Shown here in pieces: positions 29,221 to 40,406 of a stretch of 64,000 nt of DNA. The notes under the pieces were generated by a model, which saw only the letters and a program-made list of their open reading frames with translations, searched no databases and was not told where the DNA came from. The stretch comes from Promethearchaeota archaeon (GTDB lineage: Archaea > Asgardarchaeota > Heimdallarchaeia > Hodarchaeales > Hodarchaeaceae), in contig JBHLMN010000006.1 in assembly GCA_048938105.1 (NCBI GenBank), positions 32,001 through 96,000 on the forward strand. Reading direction: 5' to 3'. Every line of letters begins with the position of its first letter. Within the stretch, counting starts at the first letter, position 1. A program made the translations under genes and the position numbers.

Positions 29221-30252
29221 TCACTTTTGGAAAACGGTTAGTAATTCTTCACTTTTTTTTATTATTATTTGACAAAATCTTGCAACTGAATAACAATCAT
29301 CAATACAAGCCATCTCAATCGGGGTGTGATTATTTTTAGTAGCCGTGAGAACGGGAATAGTAGGAATACCAGCTCCAATCACTCGTACAGGCCCTGCATC
29401 GGTACCCCCGATATTCCAAACTTCTGTCTGAATTGCAATTTTGTTATTCTTGGCTAATTTCAACAAATAATCACGAACATGAGTTGATAATAGGGAAGAT
29501 CTATCTGATAAAGTAATCACTGGACCTTGGCCAATAGCTACTGGGTGTTCATCGTATGTTACGTCTAGAATGAGTGCCATATCTGGTTGAATCTTCTGGG
29601 CGGCCGTTTTAGCTCCGCGTGCACCTACCTCTTCTTCAACAGTTGCGACAAGAAAAACATCATCTAATGGTGGATTCTCTTTTAGATGTTTTGCTAAGAG
29701 AAGTAATTCGAAAATCCCCAGACGATTATCTAATCGGGGAGAACAGATTATTCTTTGGGAGGGATCACCAACAAAGAAAGGATTAATGGAAAAATGAACG
29801 GGATCTCCAGCCTGAATTCCCAATTCAGTTATCACTTTTGAAGAACGTGTTCCAATATCTATCTTAAAAGATTTTTTATTGTTATCTTCTTGTTCAGCAT
29901 ACATTAAACCATTGATATAGCCATTCTTGGTTGAAATGGCCACAGGTTGGAGGTGACAAGCTTGAATATCTTGATAACCAAAATTAAGACATTTTATTAA
30001 CCCATTTGCGACACTATGGACCAAAAATCCGCATGTATCTGAATGAGCCCCAACAAACCATTTAAGCCTTTGATGATGCTTTCCTTGTATTCTACAAATT
30101 ACTGATCCTAAATTATCTCTCGATATTTCGCCATATTTCGCTAATTCTGTCATTAAAAAATTCCTGATAGGTGTTTCAAACCCCGATTGTCCTGGGATCG
30201 TAAGGCAGTTTATCAAAGTCTCATTAATCTGATTAATCATCATAAACACCAA
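29221..30252 (-). CDS. M42 (TET/FrvX-like) aminopeptidase
   Basis: PGQSGFE, AHSD, LDNRLG, VEEEVGARGA, DVT, GGTDAG, HTP. Confidence 0.9.
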   Translation of the reverse strand: MVFMMINQINETLINCLTIPGQSGFETPIRNFLMTELAKYGEISRDNLGSVICRIQGKHHQRLKWFVGAHSDTCGFLVHSVANGLIKCLNFGYQDIQACHLQPVAISTKNGYINGLMYAEQEDNNKKSFKIDIGTRSSKVITELGIQAGDPVHFSINPFFVGDPSQRIICSPRLDNRLGIFELLLLAKHLKENPPLDDVFLVATVEEEVGARGAKTAAQKIQPDMALILDVTYDEHPVAIGQGPVITLSDRSSLLSTHVRDYLLKLAKNNKIAIQTEVWNIGGTDAGPVRVIGAGIPTIPVLTATKNNHTPIEMACIDDCYSVARFCQIIIKKSEELLTVFQK

Positions 30253-30596
30253 TAATATTAATATAAACAGCTTTTGATAGATTTCTCCAAATTAATTAGG
30301 AACTTTTTGCAATAACAACTGGTAAGGAAATGAATTCTTTTATTACTGAAAATTAGCTCAGTGTGCTTATGTACACTATTACAGCGTTTGAAGCGTATTT
30401 TGAGCTTTATGGTGTCAAAAAAGCTCAGTTAGCCTAAAAGCTATAGAATTCTACCCGTATAATACATCTAGAAAGCTATATTATCCATGGAATAATATGA
30501 GGGTTGAATATCTGGTAAATCCTACTTTAGGTTCTTCTTTTACACAGAATTGTCCTTCACTAGTACATAATAAGGATATCTTCTTAACTTAGGGTA

Positions 30597-31925
30597 ATGA
30601 TTTCCTTTGTAGGTGGAAATATGGTTCGTTTTTCAATCAATCAACTTGCAAAAAAGATGTCAATATGTATGATAATTGGAATAATATTCTTCTTTACTCC
30701 ATTTACAATAGCCAAATCTTATACTAACAGGATTCAATGCTTAGTCCAACAAGAACCTGAAGAAACTGTGGCTGGAACAACTGTAAACGTGACTCTAAGT
30801 GGCACTGAGACCATATATCATCGTGATACTGGAGTTGATAACGTAGAAGATATTGGTATCGGAATTCAAAGGTACTCGGCCATTGCGAAGCTGACAACTC
30901 ATGGAGATATATACTTTGAGATAATTGTTGAATTTTCGACTGATAATACTACAGATTGGCAGAGGAATTACACTCAATTTAAAAATTCACCAGAAATTAA
31001 ACATTTTAAAGATTTCAACGCCCTCCAAGATATTGTTCCAGTAAATATCTCACTGCTTGAGATTACTTCAAGCTCATTTTCGACGTGGGAAGAAACTGAT
31101 CATCCAGAATTTGGTTATCTTTTCGGAATCGAACAGAGAGTTGTTCTGAGACAAACTACAGTTTTTCTTTTAACTCTCCCGGAACCATTCCAATTTGATC
31201 TTAACAAACTTGAATTATCTCAACTGTCAGACTTCCATTTTCAATCGGAATATCACTACGACAAGGAAAATGATCAATATTTTATTTTTGAATCTGTTCG
31301 AATTAAAGCGCCTGGGTCGGTTCTAGAGTATATTCCAGCTGTCAAAGGATATTCTGGTATTATTTACTTAACTGGTTGGGAGTCAGAAAATGTACCAAGA
31401 TTTCAGCGCCAGTTTGCAGACGTAGCCCAGCACATTACCTTGCAGATAAAACTACCTGTTCAACAGGATATTGATTTCTCTTTTGATTCTAAGTACACAG
31501 AAAATCCTCATATAACAAAAAGTGGGAACATTGCGAGGTTTGAATTTCCTCCTGATGGAAAAATTCCTTATTACATCAAAATCAATTCCCAAATCCCCTT
31601 CCTTGAGCAGTTCGGCCTCACTGACTATGTGGGAATGGTATTTGGAGGATTGGCGGCCCTTGCAACAATATTAAAAGGAATCCCTTATTTTTGGAATCGA
31701 AGATCCTTCAATAAATATAAGAAAAGACTCCATGGCGCAGTTGAAGAAGAGGATATGGCAGAATTTAAAATGCTTCAGGAAAAAGCAGTAAATGGTTATA
31801 TCAGAGGAAAACTCTCAACTAATCAATTTGAGGAAATTCGTAAAGAAATTCAGATGTTAAAGAGGATTAAAGATACAACCTCAAAAGAAAAGGATAAATC
31901 ATTGGTAGAACTTCTAGGGGATTAA
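30597..31925 (+). CDS. Single-pass membrane protein (signal peptide, beta-rich ectodomain, TM, helical cytoplasmic tail)
   Basis: N-terminal hydrophobic signal, TM at ~aa 345-365, charged ~75-aa tail. Probable start ATG 30621. Confidence 0.75.
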   Translation: MISFVGGNMVRFSINQLAKKMSICMIIGIIFFFTPFTIAKSYTNRIQCLVQQEPEETVAGTTVNVTLSGTETIYHRDTGVDNVEDIGIGIQRYSAIAKLTTHGDIYFEIIVEFSTDNTTDWQRNYTQFKNSPEIKHFKDFNALQDIVPVNISLLEITSSSFSTWEETDHPEFGYLFGIEQRVVLRQTTVFLLTLPEPFQFDLNKLELSQLSDFHFQSEYHYDKENDQYFIFESVRIKAPGSVLEYIPAVKGYSGIIYLTGWESENVPRFQRQFADVAQHITLQIKLPVQQDIDFSFDSKYTENPHITKSGNIARFEFPPDGKIPYYIKINSQIPFLEQFGLTDYVGMVFGGLAALATILKGIPYFWNRRSFNKYKKRLHGAVEEEDMAEFKMLQEKAVNGYIRGKLSTNQFEEIRKEIQMLKRIKDTTSKEKDKSLVELLGD

Positions 31926-31956
31926 TCATAAAATCCCCGAGCTTTTCCGTTATTAT

Positions 31957-33813
31957 TCACGGAGGAGGAGGTGTTCCGACTGCTATTGCTTGAGGTATGT
32001 CGCCAGGAGCCCATGCTATCTCTTGATGCTTGAAATAAGTATTGTACAAATTGGCATACTCCCCTCCCTGTCTTAATAAGTCCTCATGGTCTCCTTCTTC
32101 AATAATTTTCCCCTGATCTAGAACAATAATTCGATCTGCATTCTTGACTGTACTAAGGCGATGAGCAATAACAATAGAAGTCCTGCCTCTCATTAATTCT
32201 TCCAACGACTCCTGTATCATACTTTCGGTATAGGCATCTACAGAAGAAGTAGCTTCGTCCAAGATTAGAATTCTAGGATCTGCTAGAAGAGCCCGAGCAA
32301 AACTAACTAGTTGTCTTTGACCCGTACTTAACAAGCATCCTCCTTCCCCAACTTGCGTTTGTAGACCGTCTTTTAGATATTCTAAGATCTCATCTACTCT
32401 GGAAATCTTCAAGGCACGCTGTAAGTCCTCTTTACTCGCATCTTTACGGCCATAGGTAATATTCTCTTCAATAGTGCCGTTAAAAAGAAATGGTGTTTGT
32501 AAAACTATTCCTAGATGCTTTCGGTAGGACTTGAGTTTAATATCCCGAATGAGGATATCATCAATCAAGATTTTTCCCCCTTGAAATTCATAAAACCGAG
32601 CTAATAATGATATAATAGAGGTCTTTCCTGCCCCTGTATGACCCACTATTGCTAATTTTTCACCTGGCGGAATTATAAGAGAGAAATCTTTCAAAACAGG
32701 AGCATCAGAAACATATTCAAAGTCAACATTTCGAAATTCAATCTTGCCTTTTATCTTGTTAACCTCTACATCCCCAAGATCTTGTACTTCTGGTTCCGTA
32801 TCGATAACTTGGAGAATACGCTCATATCCAGCAAATCCAGCTTGAAGTTGTGCATAGAAGTTTACTAGCTGAGTGATAGGGAAGAAAAATCGAGTTAAAT
32901 AAGCTAAAAAGACGTATAGTGTTCCTGCAGTTATAAAGCCAAGGCCTGAGATTGCTGCTTGACCACCAATCCCTAGTATGGCCATTGTTCCAATTGCTGA
33001 CAAAAGATCAACGAATGGGAAGAACATACCCATAGAGATACTTCTTCTAAATCCTGCTACAAAATGTTGCTCATTTATTTCCTTAAACTCATTTAGAACC
33101 TCCGTTTCCACACCAAATGATTTGCTAACTTGAATACCATTCACAGATTCAGCCATGGCAGAGTTTACTTTAGCATGAACTCTTCGAAAGCTCATACTCG
33201 TAATCCTCGCAATTTTACGGAATAAATAACTCAGAATTAACAGTACTGGGATGACTAGGGCAGAAATCAGAGCTAATTCTAGGTTAATCACAGCTAAAAC
33301 GACAAATATGAAAATTAAAATCAAGAAATGCCCTAAGATAGTCATCACAATAGAAACAGCAACCCCATAATCAGAAGCATCACTTGAAACACGTGAGTTG
33401 AGACGACCACTGCGATGCTTATCAAAGAATTTCATATCTTGTTTCTGAAGAGCAGAAAAGATATCTCCTCGCAGATTAACCATGAAGTCAGGTACAAATT
33501 TCGCTGATTGAATGTTTATTATATAATCATTTACCCACGAGAGTATGGATAGGAAAAGATAGCTGATTCCACCCGCTAGTAAAATCCAAGAAAAAATTTC
33601 TGTTGATTGAGGATTTTGAAGGGTGTCAATAATATTGGCAAAAATTAGTGGTGTTAAGAGACTAGTAATAGTTGCAATGACCATTGTTACAGTAGAAATA
33701 ATTATTGGCCGTTTGTATGGAGCTATCCGTTTAATGGAGCGTCTGATCAATTCCCAATCTGAATATTTCCTTTCCTGATCTTTTCGATCTATACCTTCAA
33801 AAATCCAACTCAT
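31957..33813 (-). CDS. ABC exporter half-transporter (TMD+NBD), TM288-like
   Basis: GHTGAGKT, LSTGQRQL, LILDEATSSVD, IAHRLST. Confidence 0.93.
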   Translation of the reverse strand: MSWIFEGIDRKDQERKYSDWELIRRSIKRIAPYKRPIIISTVTMVIATITSLLTPLIFANIIDTLQNPQSTEIFSWILLAGGISYLFLSILSWVNDYIINIQSAKFVPDFMVNLRGDIFSALQKQDMKFFDKHRSGRLNSRVSSDASDYGVAVSIVMTILGHFLILIFIFVVLAVINLELALISALVIPVLLILSYLFRKIARITSMSFRRVHAKVNSAMAESVNGIQVSKSFGVETEVLNEFKEINEQHFVAGFRRSISMGMFFPFVDLLSAIGTMAILGIGGQAAISGLGFITAGTLYVFLAYLTRFFFPITQLVNFYAQLQAGFAGYERILQVIDTEPEVQDLGDVEVNKIKGKIEFRNVDFEYVSDAPVLKDFSLIIPPGEKLAIVGHTGAGKTSIISLLARFYEFQGGKILIDDILIRDIKLKSYRKHLGIVLQTPFLFNGTIEENITYGRKDASKEDLQRALKISRVDEILEYLKDGLQTQVGEGGCLLSTGQRQLVSFARALLADPRILILDEATSSVDAYTESMIQESLEELMRGRTSIVIAHRLSTVKNADRIIVLDQGKIIEEGDHEDLLRQGGEYANLYNTYFKHQEIAWAPGDIPQAIAVGTPPPP

Positions 33814-35661
33814 TTATGGTCCTCCAAAAGCTGGTAGAATTGACGTTTTACTCACTTCCAGGGGAGGAAGTTCAACATTTTTCCCAAAAATTCGACGGTA
33901 ATCTGGTGAAGTTAATATTAACTTTGAATGATGGCCTTTGGCTACAATTTTTCCACCTTTAAGAACGATGACGCAATCCGCTTGCCGTATAGTAGATAAT
34001 CTATGAGTAATAACAAAAGTTGTTCTTCCTTGTATCACTGCATTTATAGCCTTGACAATTTTTTCTTCAGTTTTCGAGTCAACAGAGCTTGTACTATCAT
34101 CAAAGATTAAAATTCTGGGATTAGTTAAGAATGTCCTCGCTAGAGCTATTCTTTGCCTTTGTCCTCCTGAGAGTTGACTACCTCCTTCCCCAGCATAAGT
34201 ATCGTACCCTTTAGGTAACTTCATAATAAAATCATGAGCTTGGGCAAGCCGAGCAGCCCGTTCAATATCCTTTTGACTTGCATCCCTTGCACCAAAAATG
34301 ATATTCTCTCGAATTGAACGTGGAAAAAGATAGATATCTTGTTCGATTCGCCCAATGCTTTTTCGTAAAGATTCGAGTGAATATTCCTTAATATTGATTC
34401 CATCTATTGTAATGTCTCCCTCATAATCATAAAGTCTGAGTAATAAGTTAGTGAGGGAGGATTTACCTGATCCAGTAGGACCAACAATAGCAATGGTTTG
34501 ACCTGGTGCAACTGCAAAACTGATATTATCTAACACTGGCTTTCTTGAAGTTGGGTACTTGAATGTTACATTACTGAACCGAATTATTCCGGTGAAATGG
34601 CGAGGAAACTCTTTTTGACCATTTTCCACTCCCTTAGCAGTATCCTCTCCCACCTCTCTAACTTCCATTTCATGAATTCTCCGTGCTCCTGCCAGTCCTG
34701 CATTAAAAAGTCGTATTGCGAAACTAATTACATATGTAGGAACCATCAGACTAATTAATAATCCATTATAAGCGATTAATCCTCCAATAGTTAGTCTATC
34801 AATTAGAATTAAGTATGATCCAGCCAATATAGAGAATCCAATGGCTGAAAATAAAAGCAGGGTTGGAAAGTACCGTGCTTGAAGTACTTGCTGTCGGTAC
34901 CACGTTCCCCTGAAATCAAGAACGTACCTCATGAACTTCTGGCGTTCATACGATTCCTCAGCGAACGCACGTACAACTTCAGCCCCGGTAATGTTATCTT
35001 GAACTGCTGTAGCAATTGCACTCCACTTTCGCATGAAAGTATGACTAATAGGGGCCATCTTTCTGTTAAAACTAAAAACTGCCCATAAGTAGACAACAAA
35101 GAAGGGAATTGAAATAATTAATAATTCAGGAGAGTTTAAAACTCCTATTACCAAAAAAGCAGAAAAAACAATTGAAATAAAGACATCTGTCACCATACCA
35201 AAGCCAGGACTTATTAATCCACCGAGTTGTCCCAGGTCATTCGTAGCTAAAGCCATTAATTCTCCTGTTCTCACTGAGTCGTGGAATTTCAAAGGTTTAT
35301 TCTGCATACTATCGAAAAACTCCTCTCTAACACGTTTTTGAGCAGTCCATGATAACCAATCATTCGCAAGTGTTGTTACCGCTGCTACCAAAAACCTAAT
35401 TATTCCTAAAATTAAGAGGAAAAATACAAAATCACTAAGGAGAGATAATTGAGCTTCAGAACTCAACAAATCATCTTTATCAATAATTGCTAAGTCGATT
35501 GCTTGACCTAAAACGACAGGAATAAGTAAACGGGTGAATATTACGATTAGGGTACCAAATACCACAGCAGCTATAACTAGAGGATTAGCTGTTAAATGAC
35601 CTAAAAACCAACGCGGGAATGATTTCTGCTTTTTTTGGAGAACGATAACGTTCTGTGACAT
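33814..35661 (-). CDS. ABC exporter half-transporter (TMD+NBD), TM287-like
   Basis: GPTGSGKS, LSGGQRQR, LIFDDSTSSVD. Its stop abuts the partner's start codon. Confidence 0.93.
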   Translation of the reverse strand: MSQNVIVLQKKQKSFPRWFLGHLTANPLVIAAVVFGTLIVIFTRLLIPVVLGQAIDLAIIDKDDLLSSEAQLSLLSDFVFFLLILGIIRFLVAAVTTLANDWLSWTAQKRVREEFFDSMQNKPLKFHDSVRTGELMALATNDLGQLGGLISPGFGMVTDVFISIVFSAFLVIGVLNSPELLIISIPFFVVYLWAVFSFNRKMAPISHTFMRKWSAIATAVQDNITGAEVVRAFAEESYERQKFMRYVLDFRGTWYRQQVLQARYFPTLLLFSAIGFSILAGSYLILIDRLTIGGLIAYNGLLISLMVPTYVISFAIRLFNAGLAGARRIHEMEVREVGEDTAKGVENGQKEFPRHFTGIIRFSNVTFKYPTSRKPVLDNISFAVAPGQTIAIVGPTGSGKSSLTNLLLRLYDYEGDITIDGINIKEYSLESLRKSIGRIEQDIYLFPRSIRENIIFGARDASQKDIERAARLAQAHDFIMKLPKGYDTYAGEGGSQLSGGQRQRIALARTFLTNPRILIFDDSTSSVDSKTEEKIVKAINAVIQGRTTFVITHRLSTIRQADCVIVLKGGKIVAKGHHSKLILTSPDYRRIFGKNVELPPLEVSKTSILPAFGGP

Positions 35662-35804
35662 GATGAAAAACTAGTAATTATCATTTAAAAAAGGGGTGTT
35701 TCTGGCAATGAAACATAGAATGAAATTAAAAATAAAAAAAGAATACAATAATATGGTTTCTTTAAAAAAGAAAAAAGAGGATAAGAAGTGAATAAAGTTA
35801 ACTT

Positions 35805-38800
35805 CTAATTTTTCAGACGCTTCCTCACGATTGGTAGGAGTGAAAGAAACCCGAGAGCCAACAACCATTCGAAACCAGGTGTTACATTTGCGTCTGGATC
35901 ACCAATTACCGTAATCACCTGCTCGTAAACAGCTACTTGATTACGAGTGTTCATAATAGTCATTGTACATAGAAACTCACCGCTTCGTGTTACAACATAA
36001 TCAAAGCTATATGTTTCAGTCGTTTCGTCTTCATCGGTTTTCTCAAGAGCATACGATCCGATGTACTCTACTTCAACTACCACAGATGTAATGATAGCAT
36101 CTCCTTTCCGAAGTACCATTGTAAAAGTAATTTCTGTACCAACCTCTATCTCAGTTCCTGGTAAGATTTCTACAGAGATTATGGGATCCCATTCGTTGAC
36201 ATTAATTGTTATCCGACCAGAATCGCTTGTTTGCCCACGCTTATCAGTTACTCTAATATCAGCTGTATATGAACCAGCTTCATCAAATGTAACGATAGTC
36301 TCCCAGAGTTCTCCATCCGTGACATCCTCAATATAAGTCATCAAAATGTCTTCTCTCTTGACATGGAGAGTCACCTTATCAATGCCATCATCATCGGAAA
36401 CAACTGCACTAAATTTGATTGCTTCAGTTACTTCACAATGGGAACTATTTACAGAGAAACTATGAATGATGGGAAGACCTCTTTCAGTAGCAATATTTAT
36501 TGATAATTCAACAGAATCAAAGGAGACCCAGGTACCCCATGCTTCAATTACTAGATTGTAATCACCTGAATACCACAGATAGATATCTATTTGCCAAATC
36601 TCGTGAGTTTCATTTGAGAGGACTTGATTCATCCATACATCGCCATAATCGTGATCGAAGCAAACTATGACTCTATCGACACCTTCAGTTGATTCCTTAT
36701 GAATGGTTACCACAAGACTTAATTCTTCATCTAGGTAGTATTGCCCATTGTCATCAGGTTGGGAGACTGATAATATTTCAATAAATGTAGTATATTCTGA
36801 ATCAAAATCATCGTACGTATAACTGTTTTTTAGGTAAACATTGTCCCATGATTCGTAGATAATCATCCAATCATCTGTTCTGATAAGTTGATAATAATCA
36901 ATGTATAATTCACCAGACATTGTGAATCCTGAGTCATAAAGATGTTTTCCCAAGAAGTCTAAGGAAACATTATACAGGCCAATAGGTAAATCATAAAGAT
37001 TCACTTCTGTGTAATCCCATATTTGGCTAAGCTCCGCTTCAATTAGTATATCAATGCCAGAAACAGTCACATTAACCTCAAAATCAACTCGTAGGAGATC
37101 AAAGAACCCATCACTATCAAGATCTACCCCATAATCGAATATACGAGTAACCCAAGCATCAGGATAATCAACATCAGCACTAGTATAGGTACCTGGAAGA
37201 TAGAGATCATCATCTTCCTTCAGGACTAGTCCATCATCTGATTCAATATAGAGATAATTAATATAATACAAGGTTCCTGCAGGTTGTCCAAATATGTAAC
37301 GGCTATCGAGCTGTATTGTTAGATTATGCGTTCCAACAGCGAAATAACTCCAACTTGTGGAGAAATAATAATATCCACCTTCACTAGTTGTTGAGTAGAT
37401 ATTCCCTGAGGCATAATATTCTGCAGCTTCGGTAACTTCGATTTCAATTTTGATTTCAATATAATCAAATCTCCCATTACTATCAGTGTCAACCCCTTGA
37501 TCATAGATATTATCTGTTAAGCTGACTGCAGGATCATCAAATTCTGTGTGGGCATAAGTTCTGCTGAAAAGGTGATTATCTTCCTCATGAATACGTTCAT
37601 ACCACCCCTCATCTACAATATATTGATTAACATAGAAATAATTAATGTAAATCTGCGCTTCACTCTCATGATACCTTATCCACCAATCAGCTATCTTGAA
37701 CGTAAAATTATGGGTTCCTACTGTTAAATAAGTTTTATTTTCAAAATTAAAATCTTCACCACCTTCATCAGCACAAATGTAACCCCAAATGGAGTAATTT
37801 CCTGATTCTGTTACACTAACCTCTATTGCAAACTCTAAATAGTCATATTTGCCATTACTGTCGTCATCGACACCATAATCGTAAAAATTACCCGTAAGTG
37901 CAATTCCTGGTGGGTCGAAATCATCATGGTGATAGATGTTTAGGAAATAATAGTCTTCTTCTGAATAATCACACTGACCAGAATCTTCTTGTTCGATATA
38001 TTTGTAACTTAGATAGAATGTATCTCCATCAGGTTGATTAAAGACCCAATATCTATCAATTTGAAATGTTAAGTTATATTGGCCTTTGTCTAAAGTAAGC
38101 CATTCAGAGGATACTGTAACCCCGTAATCCCCTTCAATCGCATAAATTCGCCCATAAACATAGTATTTTCCAGGAGTATTGATCTCTACCTCTATCTTCA
38201 ACTCAATGTAGTTATATTTTCCGTCAGCATCAGTATCAACCCCTGAGTCAAAGTGATCACCTGTAAAGTAAGCTGGGGGCCTTTCAAAATCATCAGAATT
38301 ATAAACAAGATCAGTCACAAAGTTATCTTCTCGATAATCCCATTGTTTAACAAGGTTATCATAATCATCTACTTCATATATCTCAACATATTCTAAGGTG
38401 TATGTTGTAATAGTTAGTTGGCTAAAGATCCATTCTCCAGGAAAAGCTAGTATGAACTGATGAGTACCTGCGTTCAAAATTTGTTGCGTATCAGTGGTCA
38501 CATAATAGGTTTCTTTAGTAATGGGATTTCGTAACCTTCCTTGCATTGCATACTTACCAGTTTCATTGATTTCCACTTCAACAAAGATTTGTAGTTCATC
38601 CCATAAACCGTTACCATTAGTTTCTTCGACATGATCTGAATAAATTCCAGTCAATCTAGCTTTAGGTGGATCGAAATCTGTGAATATATAGGGCCCAAAT
38701 GTAGCGCTATTGTTATTATCCAAATCTGCCCAAGGATCCCCACCATATAACTCTAAGTCATCAAATTTAACTAACCCGTTTACCCCAGAGCGGAAGAATT

Positions 38801-40406
38801 TATCCCCCTCAAATCTTAGTTGTAACCAATACGTACCAATAATTGTGAAATGGGAACTATTACTTGCATAATCAATATTCACATAGTTTGAAGCAATATC
38901 CAACCACGCTCCAACGTGATAATAACCTATTTTAGTCACGACTACCTCAACATCAATAACAAGCCAATCCCATAAGCCATCTCCATCAGTATCATCACCA
39001 TTATCGTTGAAATTATGCGTTAAGTATGCACCTGGTCCTTCAAAGGTATTATAATTGTATAAGCTATCTGAAATCCATTCTACCCCACTAAATGAATAGG
39101 AATCGGTGTAATAATCACTATAGTCACCTTGGATATTAGAAAGTAAAAAGTGGTCATTTAAGATTTCACTTTGATAAATGTGAATACCATTGAAATCAAA
39201 AACAACATTTCTTATTCCTAAACCCACATCTTCAATATAAAAGCCACTAGCCCAATCATATGTGATGTAAGTATTTGTTGAGTTAATGTAAAGGCTAGCA
39301 TACATGTTCCACCATCCAGATTCAATTCGTAGGACATTAACTTCCATTTCAACTTGATAATAATCGTTAAAACCATCATAATCTGAGTCAATTAAACTAT
39401 CCCAGAATTGTCCAGTCGGTACAACAGGAGGAACATCAAAATCACTTGGATTACAGATATTTGTTGTATAAATATCCGAGTTTGAATATAATTCGTATGT
39501 CGGAGGATCATCATGTCTGATATAGAGCCAATCCAGTTCTAATGAATCCGAACCACTCATGTCAACGAATTTCCAACCAGGAAACTTCAGAGTAACTGTA
39601 TGTGACCCTAAACCAAGATACGTGTTGTTATAAGCGTAATCAGATACTCCACCTATAGTAGAGGGATTTACTCTGCCTTTAAAATAGTAAGTTGAAGGCA
39701 TTGAGACAGTTACAGGAATTCTAACGTAAATCCATTCATATTTGGAGTTGGAATCACGATCTAGAAAATCAAAGCTAATAGAGGCTTCATTAACAGTAAT
39801 GGGATATGGTAAGAAATCATCTACCTTATATGCTTCAGTTACTAAAACGATTTCATCGTCATAAATTGTGTAACTGGTACCGTTATTTTTGTAAAACGTT
39901 AAACGGATATCATAGGGACCAGCAAAACCAACTTCATTTATCGCATATCCACAAAAATCAAAGAGAGCAACTGTTTCAACGTTTGCAGTGATTTCGCCAC
40001 TCCAAGAAGCAGAAACACCCACTTGACTCCCACCTTTATAGAGATAAGCAGTTCCAGAGTAATGAGCGTTTTGCTTAGGTTTGAAGCGCATATTAAAGCG
40101 AAGTGTGTCATTCCCATAACCAAACATCTGCATTGTATGTTCTGTAAATGCTGTAACCTCGATTGTTGCTTCTGGATATACACTACCGTACCAATGAGTT
40201 AAACGCGGTTGAGTAATTTCCTCCTTTTGTTTAATTTCACTATTTGAATAATCGTCAGCTAAAATCTGACAAGGAGAACTACCACTCTCACAAAGATTTT
40301 TATCTGTAGAAGGAATTGTAAACACTCCCACAATCATTGAAGAGAGTAAGATTAACAAAAATATATTAATAGCCATATAAGTTCCTTTTATTCTTTGGAT
40401 CTCCAT
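35805..40406 (-). CDS. Large acidic cell-surface protein with ~120-aa DxDxDG-containing repeats and PGF-CTERM-like anchor
   Basis: Signal peptide; 8 clear repeats (e.g. DSGVDTDADGKYNYIELKIEVEI...GxY) plus one degenerate; C-terminus TPGFEWLLALGFLSLLPIVRKRLKN. Confidence 0.9.
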   Translation of the reverse strand: MEIQRIKGTYMAINIFLLILLSSMIVGVFTIPSTDKNLCESGSSPCQILADDYSNSEIKQKEEITQPRLTHWYGSVYPEATIEVTAFTEHTMQMFGYGNDTLRFNMRFKPKQNAHYSGTAYLYKGGSQVGVSASWSGEITANVETVALFDFCGYAINEVGFAGPYDIRLTFYKNNGTSYTIYDDEIVLVTEAYKVDDFLPYPITVNEASISFDFLDRDSNSKYEWIYVRIPVTVSMPSTYYFKGRVNPSTIGGVSDYAYNNTYLGLGSHTVTLKFPGWKFVDMSGSDSLELDWLYIRHDDPPTYELYSNSDIYTTNICNPSDFDVPPVVPTGQFWDSLIDSDYDGFNDYYQVEMEVNVLRIESGWWNMYASLYINSTNTYITYDWASGFYIEDVGLGIRNVVFDFNGIHIYQSEILNDHFLLSNIQGDYSDYYTDSYSFSGVEWISDSLYNYNTFEGPGAYLTHNFNDNGDDTDGDGLWDWLVIDVEVVVTKIGYYHVGAWLDIASNYVNIDYASNSSHFTIIGTYWLQLRFEGDKFFRSGVNGLVKFDDLELYGGDPWADLDNNNSATFGPYIFTDFDPPKARLTGIYSDHVEETNGNGLWDELQIFVEVEINETGKYAMQGRLRNPITKETYYVTTDTQQILNAGTHQFILAFPGEWIFSQLTITTYTLEYVEIYEVDDYDNLVKQWDYREDNFVTDLVYNSDDFERPPAYFTGDHFDSGVDTDADGKYNYIELKIEVEINTPGKYYVYGRIYAIEGDYGVTVSSEWLTLDKGQYNLTFQIDRYWVFNQPDGDTFYLSYKYIEQEDSGQCDYSEEDYYFLNIYHHDDFDPPGIALTGNFYDYGVDDDSNGKYDYLEFAIEVSVTESGNYSIWGYICADEGGEDFNFENKTYLTVGTHNFTFKIADWWIRYHESEAQIYINYFYVNQYIVDEGWYERIHEEDNHLFSRTYAHTEFDDPAVSLTDNIYDQGVDTDSNGRFDYIEIKIEIEVTEAAEYYASGNIYSTTSEGGYYYFSTSWSYFAVGTHNLTIQLDSRYIFGQPAGTLYYINYLYIESDDGLVLKEDDDLYLPGTYTSADVDYPDAWVTRIFDYGVDLDSDGFFDLLRVDFEVNVTVSGIDILIEAELSQIWDYTEVNLYDLPIGLYNVSLDFLGKHLYDSGFTMSGELYIDYYQLIRTDDWMIIYESWDNVYLKNSYTYDDFDSEYTTFIEILSVSQPDDNGQYYLDEELSLVVTIHKESTEGVDRVIVCFDHDYGDVWMNQVLSNETHEIWQIDIYLWYSGDYNLVIEAWGTWVSFDSVELSINIATERGLPIIHSFSVNSSHCEVTEAIKFSAVVSDDDGIDKVTLHVKREDILMTYIEDVTDGELWETIVTFDEAGSYTADIRVTDKRGQTSDSGRITINVNEWDPIISVEILPGTEIEVGTEITFTMVLRKGDAIITSVVVEVEYIGSYALEKTDEDETTETYSFDYVVTRSGEFLCTMTIMNTRNQVAVYEQVITVIGDPDANVTPGFEWLLALGFLSLLPIVRKRLKN

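Noticed and set aside
30401-30427. TGAGCTTT...AAAGCTCA hairpin and AGCTCAGTT resembling a tRNA D-arm
   Set aside because: No acceptor stem or T-loop. An 8-bp AT-rich inverted repeat could be an operator or chance.
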